From: Takakia lepidozioides | Taxonomy: Eukaryota; Plantae; Bryophyta | Direction of reading: 5' to 3' | DNA length: 64,000 bases | Assembly (NCBI GenBank): GCA_030704615.1 | Contig: CM060733.1 | Span: 42,594,001-42,658,000, forward strand | Shown: in pieces, positions 61,893-64,000 of the stretch | How positions within the stretch are numbered: the stretch's first letter is position 1 | How the letters are laid out: every line of letters starts with the position of its first letter | Translations under genes and position numbers: made by a program | Notes under the pieces: model-generated | Told to the model about the DNA's origin: nothing | Databases searched by the model: none | The model's input: only the letters and a program-made list of their open reading frames with translations

Positions 61893-64000
61893 AGTGGGTT
61901 TTCGTTTCTTCCTTTGCTCGAGCTCCTTCGAGCAAAGAAAAAGCAGGGCCCGACATTTGAATCGAAGACCAGTGTCTTGTATCTCCCATGTCATGTTTCT
62001 TGAAACTGATTCTGATTATGTGGCGAGCTTAGTGCTTGTGAACTGCGGGCTGCGTTTCCTACGCTTTATGCAAGAATAAGCAATCAACATAGGATACGGT
62101 TTCAGAGGCGCAGCTATGTGATTCAGGAAAACAGATCTCTCTCTATCGAATGAAGTTCCCGTGGAGGGGGTGAGCACGACAGGCTGCTGAGGGTCGGATG
62201 AGAGAGACGGCGATCATTAGCATCAAGCTGGCTGGACATGGTGGTGTGGACACAAGTAGTGGAAGTACTTCACGGACATGGTTTCCTGCTCCACAACAGA
62301 CGTCCATGAAAGGAAACACAAAAGCCAGAGAGGGATTGCGCACCACGTGCACTTCAAGTGTCCTACTCCAGGTTTGCAAAAACAAGTGTTCCTGACTGTG
62401 CACCACATTCGTTGACAGTAAGTGTGTTGTTCAATCGGACCTCGTCCTTTTGGAGGTGTGCCGGATAATATAGTTAATTTCCCACATCGTGATAGTCCAA
62501 CTGAAGGTGTTCAAGAGCTGTTGAAGAAGGGGGACGAAGTTCACGTTGACTGAAATGCGCAAAGTATTCTAGCTCTAGGGAAGGTTTTGACCATGACGAT
62601 TTGAGAAAGAAGATTTGCAGCTGGGACATACCCGTATGTGCCTGGTTGGGTGATCTGCACAAGTCAGAGCCATTGCAAGTGAGTCCGGAAGATAGGGCTT
62701 CCAATGCTCCAGATGCAGACCTCTTTCCTTGTGGTGCAGACCAGTTTGCTGCAACTCCGCTGTAGCGTGGAGGATGGTAGAGAGGTTGTCATCTGCGAAT
62801 CGTTGCGTGCGAAATGCTGATGTGAGGATGAGAGGCGGACTGAAGAGATAAGTAGGAAATCGCAGCTTCACTGCTTCCCTGGAGGTGCTTGTTCTAAGCC
62901 GAGTGCTGTGGTGTACTAGACTTCCAAGCATTCACTGGACATCCTGTGTGAGTGGAACCAGCTTGAACCTCGTGAGCCTGAAGGGGAGCGAGGGTGATTT
63001 CTGGTTTTGAGTGTTGTGTACGACAAAGAGTAGGTAGCCGTGAGGACTGAGCAGAACCAGGAGCTGGTAGGAGCTGACGGGCATCTCTGCTGCATGGCTT
63101 TGGAGATTGACGAGCATGCAAGCTGCTCATGTGCAACCCTTTGATCAGGTCTTTGATCGGCCGAATCGGCCAACACCCCGCACCACCTCCTTGTTCCTGC
63201 TTGCTTGCGCAGGCTTGGCCATCGCTGCCATCATCTGCGTCCGCCTTGCCTCTCTCCCCTGAGCATACTGAATGCGTGATTAATGTGAGGACATTTCTTT
63301 CAGGACCAATTGGCCTTGCAGTTTATGAGTCCAAGGAATTCTTAGGGAACCAGGGAACAGGGAACCAAGACAAGTATTGAAAAAAATAAAAATAAAAAAT
63401 TCCTTGTATTTGTTTTGTCTTATTAATTTTATTTTATTTTTAAAAAAATGTTATGTTTAAAGAGCATGGTTGGTCATATCTTTGTCAAATGAGCTCCGTT
63501 TGACTCAGTTTTTGAGAGGATAGCTGCAGAAAGGGGAAATCTACCTATGCAGACCTGGTTTTTGTTTTTTGGACTCTGCTAAAAATCTATGGAATTTTTA
63601 GAGTGTGAGTGTGCCATGAAAGATCCACAATTCTGTTTCTAGAACCTGTTCTGGTCTATATGAGAGACAAGCCTGTGGATGTCCTCCTTGTATGGCTGGG
63701 GGAAATGAGGACGTAATTGAAGGGTAGGTCTCGACTCTTAACCTGTGCACACAAGGGAACAAGATTTATGTTTCCCAAGGAACTCAGACTGATTTGAGTA
63801 GAGAACAGTTGGACGAGTTGATTGCATACTGGGAGTCAGGCATTAGCAGTAGACAACAGACTGCTGTAGTTGGCGTTGAGGGCCTCAATATCGCCTTGGA
63901 CAATCAGAACTCTATTGGAGCCAGCAGTTCTGCAGCTGTAGGTGAAATACCAAAGTGGGTTAAAGGTAGGCTTGGAACACAGCCAAAGACAGCCCCGGGG

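Noticed and set aside
62000-64000. Short ORFs at the window end
   Set aside because: No recognisable motifs or splice structure; cannot be supported from sequence alone.

Overview
This is eukaryotic, repeat-dense DNA. Plant-type Ty3/Ty1 retroelements, an RLK kinase fragment, AAACCCT motifs and GT-AG introns point to a land plant; a non-seed lineage is my inference. The window is a nest of transposons. The main finding is a family of large Mutator-like (MULE-type) DNA transposons present as at least three diverged subfamilies. Each pairs a WRKY/GCM1-like + DDE + SWIM transposase with a divergently transcribed, intron-containing gene. That gene encodes a ParB/Srx-like domain (FYVWDGNHRL) and a bacterial beta-class N6/N4 amino-methyltransferase-like domain. 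Non-coding parts of the elements carry subfamily-specific arrays of CpG-rich palindromes: a 30-bp GGATGGAAATTCGGCGCCGAATTTCCATCC with 53-bp phasing, or TGAATGTCGTCAACGACATTCA. Element A (31241-45831) has both TIRs and an apparently intact ~1168-aa transposase. Element B (19450-25536) is an internal-deletion derivative with an 8-bp TSD that splits a retrotransposon ORF. A third subfamily appears broken by a ~9.8-kb inversion. Also present are a Crinkler/CR-like NTPase-REase gene, Tat/Ogre-like LTRs with PBS and PPT, and gypsy, copia, LINE and SINE remnants. All domain calls are by motif recognition only; no database searches were run.
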